46,263 nucleotides of DNA, from assembly GCA_000934665.2 (NCBI GenBank), contig JYFJ02003123.1:1-46263 (forward strand). Direction: 5' to 3'. The notes under the pieces were generated by a model. The model did not search any database. It had not been told where the DNA came from and saw only the letters and a list, made by a program, of their open reading frames with translations. Numbering within the stretch: the first letter of the stretch is position 1; each line of letters opens with the position of its first letter. A program made the translations under genes and the position numbers. Below are positions 12,379 through 25,523 of the stretch, piece by piece. This DNA comes from Catajapyx aquilonaris (lineage: Eukaryota).

Positions 12379-12646
12379 ATCAGACATTGCTATCCTTGTG
12401 AGGATTTTTTTCGCTTGTTTCCTATCCTTGTGAGGACCGAAAACCTTACGAGGACTTTTTTCAGGCCCTCATAAGGTACACAGTCCTCACAAGGATGGCG
12501 GAAAATCAAACCAAGGCCTCCTTTTTACTGTGAAAAAATAGGTCACCAAAATATCGTGTGTTTTTTGTAGGTTAGGTTAGGTTAGGTTAGGTTAGTTTTA
12601 AATTTTTATTTTTGCCAGACCCTCACAAGGATAGCACATTATAACA
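12379..12646. mobile_element. MITE-like unit B between (TG)n tracts, with TTAGG tract
   Basis: Perfect 16-bp IRs tgctatccttgtgagg 12388-12403 / 12621-12636; internal tgaggac/cctca repeats; (TTAGG)n at ~12568-12595. Ends approximate. Confidence 0.75.
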
Positions 12647-12656
12647 TGTGTGTGTG

Positions 12657-13006
12657 ATCAGGTCTTGACTAAGGTCTGGGGACGGAAGTCTGTGGTTTTA
12701 CTGTAGCTGTGGGGACCAGTTCCAATTGTGGGGACATTTGTCGGTCCCCACAGTCTCACACACGCGAAGTGTACCATTACAGTGGGGACATGTGTAAATT
12801 AGTGGGGACATGTCCCCACTATTTTCATTTGTAGGGTTTCACAAAAGTCCATTTTTCTCAGCCTAGGTTACTTAGGGTAGGGTAGGTTAGGTAGGGTAGG
12901 TTAGGTTAGGTTAGGTTAGGTTAGGTTAGGTTAGGTTAGATCAGTTTACACTCGCAGTGAAAAGTGATCAATGTCCGTCCCCACGCCTTAGTCAAGACAA
13001 GAGTGC
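12657..13006. mobile_element. MITE-like unit C between (TG)n tracts, related to unit A
   Basis: IRs 12662-12686 / 12974-12998 (23/25); shares tttttctcagcctaggtt...tttacact with unit A; TTAGG-like tract at ~12863-12939. Confidence 0.75.
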
Positions 13007-14577
13007 ATGTGTGTGTGTGTGTGAAGGATTGCTTCAAGACCAGGATAAAGAGGCCAAAACAATTTGAGCCCCGTAGTACATAAACACAAATTAAAGAAAC
13101 CATTACGTACTGTGAATGCCTTTACATAATCCGACATAATCGGATATTCCCTTCCTAGTTTGTTTTCATGCAACAGGACCTAAATTACATTTCAATATCT
13201 ACTGCGACAGTTCAACTGGAGTACCTTGTAGTGCAACTTAGCTTGTTCCTACACTTCCAAAATGTAAGCCTCCCCTCCCCGCGACTCAATACCTAATTTG
13301 CAGTGCACATTATGGGTGTTTACTCAGTTTGGGCGGGCCCCGGTGGCGCAAGTTTAATACGAGATGAAAAGCAGGGAGGGTCAAGTGTACAGGGAGGCTT
13401 GGCACCGTGTTTGGAAAGTGACCTGTGGCAATTTATGCGCCAGAGGTGTTTACCATAAGACGTCAGTTGTGGTCCAGCCTGGGAGGAAGCAGGAGGCAGC
13501 GGCGTAATTTAATTCCGGACGTGTCGCTCGATTCTGTACGTTTCCAACAGGCACTAAATCCTTGCGATGGGTGTCAGATATGAGTAGATTTAGAGCTCTC
13601 CTCCTTGCATATTTTATTCCGCCTGCGGAGCAGACGATAAACAACCGGAAGGAATTACACTATATGCAGTGCACGTGAGTGGCGGAGATAAGGCGGCGCC
13701 AGGAAGCCCTGGCAAAAGGCGCCAACGCATAAACCAGACCCTTATTCTCATCTCGCCAGCTGGAAACAAGTGACTGCCGCTCGATTCCATATGCTTTATT
13801 GGACGGCGAAGGATTAGCCTTGGCATCTTCCGTGTCCCTATCGCATTCCCCGGAATTAATGAACCTTACCGCCCTCAAGTCAGATAGGTCTACCTCTTCC
13901 AAGACTATGATGCGGTTCATCAACCAGGATCTTAGTGTTATTCGTGCCACCATGCAAGGAAGATGTCAAGGGAATAGAGGGAGGTACGCGGGCATATTTA
14001 GACATTCATTTTAACTTATTTATGTGGGCTAAGTTGGTACGTCTTTATATATACGCTAAGATGTTTTTATATTCACGCCAAGTTGTTTACAGAGTGTTTC
14101 TTGCAAGTTTTTATTTCGTGTCACCACTATAATTATCAAGACTACACCGTATGAGCCGAGTTTGTCTTCTATGTGCAGTGACAACATATTGCATTCTAAT
14201 GACACGGAAATAACTTACTTGTTGTAAGTTGACTCGACCAATATACAAGTAGAACTCTACAAATCCAGTTATGGGCAGATTCTGAGTCATCAATATATCA
14301 GGTTAAGGACAGCCCCCCCCCCCCCCAGTCAAAATGTGCAACCTATGACCTTTACGTGTGGATCTACCTCTAAAACTTTCAGAACTAGTCAGGCTTCGTC
14401 TTGCGAAACACTTTACAACACGTCCATAAATCTTCGTTTAAAAACACAAAGTCACATTTTGCGATATTGAGTCACCGACATGATCACCATTATGTGGCGT
14501 TTGCGAAGTTCCCCTTGATACCAGACACTAATGGGTCAATAGTGAAAAAAAGGCGCAATTTCATTTCCAAAATAAAT

Positions 14578-14600
14578 AACAACAACAACAACAACAACAA
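14578..14600. repeat. (AAC)n microsatellite
   Basis: About seven AAC units. Confidence 0.9.
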
Positions 14601-16117
14601 TAATGTCCTTTAAATTTTTTTTAAATAAAATAGTTATTACCTCTGGTGTTCCCATAAAAATAACGGCCGAGATCGTAGCCTTATACGTATTTCACATTTT
14701 AAATAAATTATAAAAATTATAAGCTCTTTGCACCTAATAGCACACGTACTTGAGCAAAAATTGAAAATCGAACTGCTTACCTACATTTACCAGGTGCCAC
14801 AGACGTGACGCACTGATCTCGACACTTCCCTAAATCTGACGTTTAGAGCAGAATTACACGCCTTCAAGCAACCAACCCAACAGGTTTTTGATTCAGCTTC
14901 TCAATATGGCTGCATCAGCAAGTAAAAAGACAAAAATCCTGTACATTAATGCTTCCTGGAGGATTTTATAACAGTTTTTGTTTTTGTCCACGGACGTGAC
15001 GAGAAACCTTGGGACAAAATTACTCTTGCAATAAAATCGATGCAATTTGGAACTTCAGGACAAAGAATGCACTAGCGTTTACCTTCAGTATTTCTTTCTC
15101 CATTAGGCCTACTCTAACATAAAAAGTTAAATAACATCTTATGCCTTGCATAAAAATGGACAAAACTACGAAAGTGAAGGTTGGGACAAGCCACGGACGT
15201 GACATGTCACGCTCTGTGACCTAAAGAAAAATATGAAAGAATTCTCTAATTACATATTATAATTGTTATGTGCCACGTATTCCGCAAGTTGCAATCTTAT
15301 TTCTTTGCATGTTATCTGGTTTTCAGATGTTATATTAAGTCCAGAAATTAGCTGGGACATGAAATTGCAGGTTTTTTCCCCCACTATTTACCCTAATACA
15401 GGGTGTTCCAAATTCGTGGGTCGTTTTTTTATAACTGATATTGCCCAAAACAACCCACGAATTTGGTTATTTGATCAAGATTGTAGAAAAGCCTGCGGAA
15501 AAGGTCGTGACAAATGACTGGTATGAAAGGCCAAAGGCATTGCCATGCCGATCAAGTTTAGATGTCCAACAAAAAGGTTCGTATAAGTATTAAGGTAGTC
15601 AGCTCGAGGAATAATGGAATTCAGCCATGTCATATCAACAAAATCTGGAATCTGACTTTCCCAATATCCTTCAAATACCGGACTGTAGATGGTGGCACAC
15701 GACCTAAGCGCCCCAGTTAAATGATGAGCTGTTTATCCTAGCAACCCTGACGACAAGTGAACATGGCCCTGCAACTGATTCTTTATCTTTCACCTGGTTG
15801 CTGTAGTAAACAATCCATAACTTCTTCCCCTACACGCTCCTATGAACTGGAAAGTTTAGACAGTATACTACCCTGTATTTCAACCCAGCTTTTTCCCATG
15901 CGATTACAAGTGCCAAAATTCACCTGTAAAATCTGTCAGCGAGTTTCCTCGATTATTTCGTCTAACTCTAACGCATGGTGGAGTAGTTTTTGTCAATTTA
16001 TCTCACGAATGATGGCAGACCTGTGGTTAAACCATTCCAATAAAAATATGTGCCAAAGGGAAACGACCACCCAAGTGTCGGCTGCCAACCATCAATACGG
16101 GGCGTGTTTATATTCCG

Positions 16118-16286
16118 GCGATCTGTTGTTTTTGGATTGTGCCCAGAGGAGGGACATGATCCGATCCGAGGTCTGGAATGGATTTGCGCGTGCAGGTGGG
16201 CGTAGCATAGTACCTGCACGCTCTAACCCATTCCAGAACTCGGATCATGCTGTCATTCCTCTCGGCACAATCCAAAAAAGATCCGC
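16118..16286. mobile_element. Fold-back (hairpin) MITE-like element
   Basis: Inner stem atccgaggtctggaatggatttgcgcgtgcaggt pairs 30/34 across a 14-nt loop; pairing continues outward (tttttggattgtgcc / ggcacaatccaaaaa). Confidence 0.65.
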
Positions 16287-16585
16287 TATCTAAATAAAAA
16301 TAGAACCGGCAACAACAGAGGTGCAGGATCGTCGCTAAAGGGTCAATCGCTTAGTTATTTCGCAGACGGATGTATAGAAGCGGAATCTACCCAAAACTGC
16401 AAGCTATGTCCACAGAGGAGTAAAGCATGTGCAATATTATTTTGCCGATACCAAGTGGTGAGCTTTTCTATGATATATATTCTCGTTAGAGGAGATATCA
16501 CTGGTATTCCAGTGAGCTCGTTGCACCCAAGTACAGTACATATTGGCTATATAGCTTTACCAGTTTGGAGTTCACATTTTCCTAA

Positions 16586-17008
16586 AGGGACACTCCACTC
16601 AAAATACAAGTTGGGTTCTAAAATTCGGGCAAAAAATCCTGACTCCGAGGGTATAAGCAGTTTTTCTTAGCGACGAACTGTAAGGCCAGTGTGAAAGCTG
16701 GAAGTGTGTCGTTCGAAAACCGCGCGCGGGGCAGGTGGGCGCACCCGACGCCACCAGAGTGGAACCGGGCGGAACTAGACCATGCTCGCCTGGCGCGGCA
16801 TGGTGTTTACTGAGCACACTATACTTCTCCAGTTTGCCGCGGGATGGTGTTGTATCGCCCTTCTTAGCAGACGACGCGAGACGACGTGTGTAGATATATG
16901 ATTTTCCGTGTTGCCGTTGGGCGTATAAAAAAAACGATTGCACATTTGGAATCAGGATTTTTTGCCCGATTTTTGGGGGCCAACTTGTATTTTGAGTGGA
17001 GTGTCCCA
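16586..17008. mobile_element. Non-autonomous DNA transposon, Kolobok-like (TTAA-type site)
   Basis: ~60-bp TIRs beginning gggacactccactcaaaatacaagttgg (perfect over 28 bp); flanked by ctaa / ttaa; purine-rich terminus. Confidence 0.75.
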
Positions 17009-17640
17009 TTAAGATCGTCTATATACAATCAGGTTTAATTGAACAAACATAACCGACAAAAAAGCCAATAGTTTTACGCCCTGGTTCAAACTCGTAGTTT
17101 GTGCTTCATGTGCACCTCTCACACAATGAACAGGGTTTTGATGTAAACTATAATACACCTCTATATTACATCGGGCCCTATTTTTAGTCCCCTGATGCTG
17201 CGAAAGTACAGTACGGTGCGTTGTTAGCGAGCAATTATTTAGTTTTGCCCATGTGTGTGCGCGCATCGGAGCAGCCATTAACGTAAATTAACTTACTGCA
17301 TATTGTACAGTATCGCTGTTTTACTTGCACTGTTATACAATGCTCTACTACTTTGTGTTGCATGTATTGCCGTTCGGATGGTGTCTTCTGCAGTATAATG
17401 CCATAACAAAACAAAATCCGAATTTTCAAATATAGCATGTGAAATATTGTGTTTGCCAACGCTACGTAAAATCTAGTTCATTATTCGGAGTCCACACCTG
17501 AGCGGAAAACATCGAGTTACTAACGCTTGGTAGCAATATACGTATGCACGCACTGTGTCTGTATAATTCACTGACACAGAATTTGTGCACTGTATAGGCC
17601 TACTTGTTGGCTATAGATCGTCCATGCTTTTTTTTAAAAA

Positions 17641-17905
17641 AAAAGCAGAACCCATCCACAGCCTTACCTGAATTCACTTTCCCACCCAAACCTATATGAG
17701 CATAATATAACTCATGGTGATAACACCCTCGGGAAGATACTGAGTTATCATGTCTCTCACATGATAATTCTCGGCGTACTGTACAGTAGGCTACCTTATG
17801 TCAAATGCGTGACATGACAACTCAGCGTTTTATCTCCTTGCGTTATCGTGTTTGGATGAGAGGGTCGAATTCAGATAAGGTATAGTGGGTGGGCTCTACC
17901 ATTTT
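17641..17905. mobile_element. Decayed fold-back MITE
   Basis: Imperfect IRs (ccttacctgaattc...ccaaac / gtttgg...gaattcagataagg) plus inner IR ctgagttatcatgtc / gacatgacaactcag. Confidence 0.55.
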
Positions 17906-18661
17906 AAGCTTGTAGTTCTAGAGTACGATTTATACCTTGTAATTGCAGGCAAGCATTAAAATGGCAATAAAATACTCTCGTGTATTAATCCATAGCAGTT
18001 TGCCGTTATGAAGGTTTCAGAATTTCCAGATATCTCGCAGAAAAAGTGATGCATTCTACGCATAGGCTCTTCCTATTGAATGCTCGTTTTAGTTAGCGAC
18101 TTTTTGCTTCAAGCTGCTTACTTCTAAGCAGTTACTCTGGAATAGCTACTTTAGTGGTTATCAAAAGTAGACTATCCGCTGCTAATATGAGGCCCAATAA
18201 TTGAATCATTTACCAAAGTTCTGATTTGCAGAGAAGAATGTTAGCAAGAGAGGTAATCTGTAGGATAGCACCTACCAGTAGTGGTCCAAGCAAAATAGGT
18301 GTCCTACATAATTATTACTAATTTTCTTTTCTAACATTATTTCCGACGGCAATTGCTCATTGGACAAATTAGTATCACATCCCCATTTTTTAAACAGGTC
18401 AGACCCCCTCCCCTTCCGGCGTAAAATAGAGGGTGTGTTCGCACAACCTACATAAATTAGCAGCTACTACTTTTTATAAGCACTAAAAGGAACTTTTTTT
18501 AACCCCAAGAACCTTTGAGGCAAAATATCGCTAAAGTGGACATTTCATTTGGAAAAGCTTGCATATAGCTGTCAGTACTGTATTATATAGCTCAAAAAGA
18601 TTAAGATCATTTTGAATTGAATGAAAATTCAATATCGTCTGTCTTTTTGGGCGATATAGTA

Positions 18662-18773
18662 CAGTGCTGAACATACTTAGCAGTCCCCAAATGTTTATTT
18701 TTCGGCATAGGCGGCGCTGGCGTTACCTGGCAACTAAGTAAACATTTAGAGACTGCTAATATGCCCAGCACTG
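18662..18773. mobile_element. Tc1/mariner-type MITE
   Basis: TA|CAGTGCTG...CAGCACTG|TA termini with ~38-bp imperfect TIRs (ttagcagtc...aaatgttta / taaacattt...gactgctaa). Confidence 0.75.
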
Positions 18774-21700
18774 TACACTATATACTTAAGCCTATCTTCA
18801 TCAGTCCTTTGAACAGCGCAATCGTCGAATCATATAATTATATGATATGCATGGTAATACTGTACCATGTAATCATAGTGAAAAAAGGGTCATTAAAAAT
18901 TTTGTGTCGATTTTGAAAATGAGTGCAATAAGTGAAGTTCATTTTACCTACAAATAATGCTATGTTAATACCGTACGTACAGTTTCATTCAATATATTCA
19001 CTACTTTAAAACTGCTCTATAAATATCGGTTTCATGGCTTGCAGATCGCAGAGACTCATGCAGATATCTATATCGTGTGCTTCAAAATTGATCTTACATT
19101 TGTATCGGTGGAATTTCTCGGTATATCTGTGCCCTAGTGTATAAGCTACCCGAAGAACCCGCTCTGGAAGTTACTTGACTTACTATTAGCGTAAGCGACA
19201 TTGCCACCTACACGCACGTTAGCTCATCTCTAAAACACAACGTATGTGACAGATTCATTAACGTTAACCTAAATTTGCCGACTCAGAATTCAATTAACTG
19301 AATTCCACATCACTACACAATTAAATTCTGATTAGACCGCTGCACTTATAGAGCTTTTATAGTGTATAACTAACACCCTTTCCCTTGGCAACAAACCGCT
19401 GCGCTGCAAACACGAGTAAATATTCAACTGCACGACACAGTAAAAAAGGGGGGATTTGCCACATTTTTGGGCCCAATTCTGGCCAAACGATCTATAAATA
19501 CACCATGGAGCTCGCAAATTCTGCATGCACCTTCAAATTGAAAGACTCGAATGTCGGCTGTCATCACCAACACCATCCAAAATACCCCACACCCTGCTGC
19601 AACGCCCCTTAAAACAAGACACACTAATGCCACTCCCAGCAAAAACAAATCCGCCCCCCCAAAAAAAACCCATGCCAGACGCAATTAAATCCGGCCAACA
19701 GACTGCGCCCCCGATATAATTTAATGGTACGTCAATTAATTACGTCCCAGTCCGTGTACACCCGCGCATAATGTTAGCATGTTGGCACAACATGTCACAT
19801 ATGAATTCACAATAATTTCCCGTCCATTGGCCAGCGACAAACGTCAATGAAACGCAGTGGACAGGCCTATTCATTGGCACACACCGGCACGCGCAATCCT
19901 ATAGGGAAGTGGCCCGGGGCGTGAGCAACATTTAATTCGGCGGGCCAGAGGAGGCAGGCAGGCAGCGAAAGAAAAACTCAATTAGCGGCGAATGATCTCG
20001 GCGTCCGGGAGATATTAGCAGGGAGAGGCTTACAAAGGCACTCCCTTCTTCCCCAGTGAGCAATGGGCTTTTCGGGAGGAAAAGGGGAGAGGGGGAAAAA
20101 AAAAAAGGTTTGCAGGGGTTCGCCAGGAAACTCCGGGATGATGCCTGTTCTGCGGGAATGAGCCCGCATTTTTCATCGCCCTTAACTTCGGCGCAAACTG
20201 CTGCATTTTCCGGCCCGGATCTAATTAGGTCTTGCTGGCTGGCTGCAACCGACTGGTCCAATCGCCGCTCTGTAACCGACATATCAGTTATTTAAATGTG
20301 TTGTGCTGACTTGACATCCGCGATGTTCCCCGTTTGTATAGCCCTTTGGAATAGCCTTGAGAAGAAAATAAATGCGCGATTGAAGTCGGGGGGGCTTCCC
20401 GATATTGGATCGGGTCCAATAGCCCCATTTCCATCTCCCTAGCCATGTTTTAACGGGGGTCCTAGCTGACCTTCTTGGGAGCAGTTTTCAGGCTCGCGTG
20501 ACCACATCATTCCTCCTGCTAACTCGTTACAGAAATGAATCTCCACCGCGGCGGAAAGAAAAATGAATTGCGGGCCTCCGGGGGACAAGTGAGAAAAGAG
20601 TTGGCAAAAACGCAGGGCCCGTGTGAGAGCCCGCCTAGGAGCAGGTGTCACCGTGAGACCCGAGCCTGCTCGTAAAAGTCCGGCTTGGAATTTACTGTCC
20701 GTCTTCCATCTTGCTGACGGCACGGCCCAACGAAGATGGAAAGCGGAAGTAGGAAAGGTGAAATCGATCCTAGACTGGGCGAGAGAGAGGGCCAGGGCCA
20801 GCTAGCAGCATGCACACAATTTGCAACATTTTGCCAACGGACCTGGATATCTGCGGTATTGACAGCTCCCATTCGGAATGGCAATGCAGCCTATCGCACA
20901 CCAAATTGTACAGCATCAATCAATGTCTGTTGTTCGCGATATTATTGTGGGAGAAGCTGACTGACTGACCCGGAGGATGCAGGCTATAGAACTGTCAACG
21001 TGCAAAACAGCGACCTGATGTTGTGGGCAATCAGAAAGAGCAGTGCGTGGCAAATGCTAGGATGAATAAGGAGGCAAGTTGAGTCCCAGGTGCGCAACAA
21101 AGACCGCGCGGGAGTAGTCTGAATGCAAATTTAATTCTGGCCATCAACACATTAGTAAGCTCGTCGCACTAATTCGCAGGCTTCTCTCTCATTAGCAACA
21201 CGCAAAGCCAGCTTCCTAGGGGCAAAAGAGGGCAGCAGTTGCCCACAGAATCACAATGCGCCGGTGTGCCTTCCCCAAAAAATAATGGCGCCAGAAGACT
21301 CCTCAACCAGAATGTATTTTTTTCCAACCCCCCGCCATTCCTTTATTTTTCTCCCTTCGCCTCAAAGAAGACGAATTATGTGCTCCCGGAACAAAGAGGG
21401 CGGAGCATGGCCAATTCGTCCATTTGCCTGCTCTATGGCCATCTTTCTTACAGGGATCGATCAGCAATGAATCATGGGAAGTGGCATGGAACCATTTCTC
21501 CAAATGGCTCTTCCGAATTGCTTATGAAATCACGCTGCTGACAGTGGTAATCATTTCATCGAACGTCAGTCTGAACCCACACACCCAAAGGCGATGCAGT
21601 CACTGCTTGCGCAAGAACTTTACCTATATTTTGTATAGTCACTATAGTCAAAAACAACTTGGAAAACCCCAAACAAAAACCAATACTGCAACACATCACA

Positions 21701-24700
21701 CTGTTTATCCTCAAGTACACGCGACAGAGACAGTAAGCAGTAATGCGGCCCGTCTTTTTTACGTATACGCGTCCGACTCTTTTAAAAAATTCTGGCAACA
21801 TTCCAGTATACCACTATCGCTGGCAAAGTGAGAAAAATTACGTCGCAAGTCTTTCGTGAAAAGCCCTCTATTTCTTGTGGTAGGCCAGGCATCGTGCATA
21901 ATTTTTAGGTCCCACCACGCCTGGTTGGTAACAGTTCAAGCGGCTGCGCCGCTATAATGCTAAAATGTAAATATTACGTTGGAATACTGTACAGTACATG
22001 ATTCTTACTGAAATAGCGCAGTGTACAAGTGAATGCGTCTGTCATCTTTAGTTTATACGTCACCTAAGCTGCAGGGCTCGATTTTTCATTGCGGAAAGAC
22101 TTTCATGTAATATTCAGTTTGTACAAGACTCGACTCTACTCAAATAGTACTCGTACTATCGTTTTTCTAAGCCTTTCACAAGGGACAAAATTCTCTTTCT
22201 CTTACAGTATGATAACTATTTAAAAATGAGCGGGTTTTAATCTCGTCATAATGCCCATGGCCAGTCAATGGCGGATAAAGGCAACATACTAGGCGCTCTT
22301 CTCTCTACCAACCTTGCATGTGCTGGGGATGAAGGTTGGATCATTATGAAGATTGTTCGTGTATATGTTCAACGTGCACAATGATAACTGCATTCACCAG
22401 GTACAGTATACTGTACATACTGTATAGCTTGAGTAATCCGTAAGTGCTCATCATATCACTTGACAATTTTTTTTTCCAGAGCCGAAAATTCAATTTCATA
22501 TATTGGCCTCAGATCTTAGATCAAAGTATTATTTAAAAGTTTCCCTTTAATAAAAATAAAAATAATAATAATAAATTTGATCCTGCAAAATTCACTTGTC
22601 GAGAAGAGAGGAAAAAACTACTCAATATTTATGCTGCGCTCTTCAAGCTGTACGACCGTGTTATGAGGACCGAGAGCCAAACTGGCATTAAACAAATCAT
22701 GTAAATGTGTGCTGTGCCATTCTTGGCTCGGAAAATGTCGCAGTCATATCTAGGACCACATCAAAGCAATGACCTGCAAGACGCCGCTGGTTACAATGAA
22801 ATCCGCCATAAACAGGCCAAAAATTCTGGAATAAATCCAACCCCACCCATACTGTCATAATGCTTGATAACAATTCTACTGCACAACCCAAATAGCAATA
22901 GCTTCCTATAACAGTCTACGAACGACCAGGCTAGTGAAAACCCGAGTATGGCGAACTCCTGTTGTTTCCTGGCCACCGCTTTCGGTCAGCCAGGTCATAT
23001 TATGGAACGACTTCTCCCTTCTTTCCGGCAGACCGTCCAAGATGAAAGACTCTAATCAAGCATCTCTTGGACCTGCAAATTGGCCGTTAAATCGGAACCA
23101 TTCCCTGGGAACTTGTCGATGGCTCTTCCCAGTCGCTGGCTGCGGGATGGGTCAGCAAAAAGGGAGAAAAAGAGGACGCTGACCCCGTAGATTTACGGCC
23201 TCGGGCAGTGGCAGCCGCCTTCTTTTTTTCTCTCTCTCATCTCGTATAGTCACTCCATTAAAGTTCCTTCTCTGGGATACATCTCCAACTCTGCCTTGAT
23301 GAAGTTTCCTTTCCTCCCAATGCAAAGCTCTCTAGAGATCCGCAATTGGAAAAGTCTTTTACGTTAAAAGGGACAGGAAAGCGATGGCTGAGCTCATTTG
23401 CAAGACAGTCGCCCCACTCTCCACCCACCTACTAAGGGTTACATTCACTAAGAGCATTTTCGCAGTCCGTACAGCAAAACCCTACCTGTTTGTATACACA
23501 CTACCAGCATGAGCAGTTTTCGCCCAGAAAACAGTCGAGGCGCGGCCAAATGGCAATTTGTATTAAATGGCCCCAAATATTATTTGGCCGGGTGGGGGGT
23601 GGGTGGGTGGAAGGCCAACTTGGGCCGATCGATGGGCTGGAGGGCGAGGAAGAGCAGAAGGAGAGAGGGCTTGCCTTCCACTTTGCCACGTGGAAGGAGA
23701 TAATGATGCTGCTGGCTGCAATGGGGCCTAATTAGCATATCGAACTGCAGGATGGGAGAGCATTCTGGGAGTTGTCGAATTCGCTCAAAACGATGCTCGA
23801 CCCACCCAAAATATTATTACTCTCACGGAAAAAAAAGGAAATCCCTCCACTCCCTTTCTTTATTGTTGCACTATGAAACGTCCGGTCTTTTATACGCCTT
23901 GCCAACCAGTAAAAGTTTCGGCCACAGAGCACAGGTCTCTACGCACATAAATTACCTGACTTCCGGAGCACTTCATCGTCAGCAAGAGAAAGATTTACCG
24001 CTTCAATTTATTTCGCAGCACGGCACGCGATTTATGGCTCCTTCGTAACAGTTCCTTGCAACAAAATTTAATCCAGGTGCAAAAATGACATCCATGGGAT
24101 AAACCTGGGGGTTCTTCCCCCCCAAAATATATTATTTCCAATGCAGGAAATGGACTGCCCTTGCGTGTTCCTGTTGGTCTGACCACCATGGTGTTCGCGG
24201 ATTATTTCAAAAGCGCCACACCAATTTGGACACTCAAGGACAGGTAGGCTTCTGCATTATTACCGAACATTGGCGCACAAGGCGGTGGATGTTGACTGTC
24301 GAGGGAGGCGAGGAAAGGAGATAAGTGAAAAAGAAAGGTTTTTTCCACCTCAGTCGAGTAATCTCCTGTAGCTGGGCGTCTCCATTAGGGACAAGAGGTT
24401 GGTGGAAAGAAAAGAGGCTCCCCTCAATTTGACGCCCTATCGCGGTGCTTCAATTATCTATACAGCAGGAGAGAGCAGGATGGGTTCATTCAGCAAACAT
24501 GGAATTCTGATGGTGGGGAGGGCCAAGGCTGCCTCCGAAAAGGGCTCTGGCCATGCTTACTAAGGAGAGGCGGGGATTCCTCTCGGGAACAGCCCCCCTA
24601 CACCCCCCAACCTCCCAGCCTCGCTTGCTTCTTTCGGAGAGGAAGAAATTCACAACCCAGACAAGGCATGGAGGAGGTAGGTAGGGGGCAGGAATGTTCC

Positions 24701-25523
24701 CACGCGCCAAAACACACCGCCAGACTACTGCCTGCCTGCCTGCCTGCCTGCCCACCCGCTCCGGACTACAACAACTCTTTTCTTTCTATACAATTTCACA
24801 CTGATGGAACGGGATAGATTGGACTACGTGGTTGCAATATTGGTCTTTTGTCCAGGTTGGGGCGTTGGGAACTGAACAACATCCAGTTACTGAGTTGGCA
24901 ATTCGGACTGGGCTAAAGGGAGAATTTTTTTTAACAAAATACATATGAAACACTGATTTAGTAGCTACATGTGGGTACATGTTCTAAGCTTTCGATAAAT
25001 AATAGCCAATTCTACAGGTCTCTACTCCATACTCATCGGTGATTCCTCAAAAATGTACCTAGTTGTGAACTTAAATCATAATTGCCTGCTATGCGTCGAT
25101 CAGAGCGTAGATGCTGCTTTGTTTTGTTACCATTTCTAAAGTATGCCTACTGCTTTTCCAAAGAGTAAAAGTAATACAATAAACCTTGAAACAGGTTGCT
25201 ATAATGAAAAATACTCACAAAGGTGCAACAAGTTAGTTTTGAAGGTAAGTTATAGTAAAGAGTAGCTGTTCCAGTTGAATATTTTAATGATATCGACATA
25301 GAAAAGTGCCTGATTAGGCTGCCATATTAACTGTTCTTATAATATTATTCTTTTACGTTTGGACTGACGCTGACGTCACCATTATTGTCATATCCGAGTC
25401 CTAGCAACGGGAGTGTTTACTGCTGTCTGGTGGAATGGGGATGTATAGCGGTAACGGTTGCCAAGTAACTGATTGTTGTACTTGTTCCGGAGTTGTGTAG
25501 AATGAGTAGTAGTAGTTGACTGA

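Larger units (their letters stand above)
11972..13076. mobile_element. Composite non-autonomous DNA element with ~54-bp outer TIRs and TA target-site duplication
   Basis: 11967-12025 and 13023-13081 are inverted repeats (54/59 identical); reconstructed empty site is the palindrome ATGTACAT, consistent with a TA duplication. Confidence 0.75.

Noticed and set aside
12246..12939. (TTAGG)n tracts as a telomere or chromosome-fusion scar
   Set aside because: Tracts are short, degenerate, all in one orientation and sit at a fixed position inside TIR-bounded units.
12050..13020. Recurrent tggggac motifs as a CRISPR-like array
   Set aside because: Motifs are short, irregularly spaced and in both orientations, typical of transposase-binding repeats; the context is eukaryotic.
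14303..14613. Possible TTAA-flanked element (ttaaggaca...tgtcctttaa)
   Set aside because: Inverted match is only ~5 bp beyond TTAA; insufficient.
15470..16293. Possible decayed transposase or 178-aa ORF
   Set aside because: The frames I translated on both strands showed no DDE, RT or other motif; part overlaps a hairpin element.
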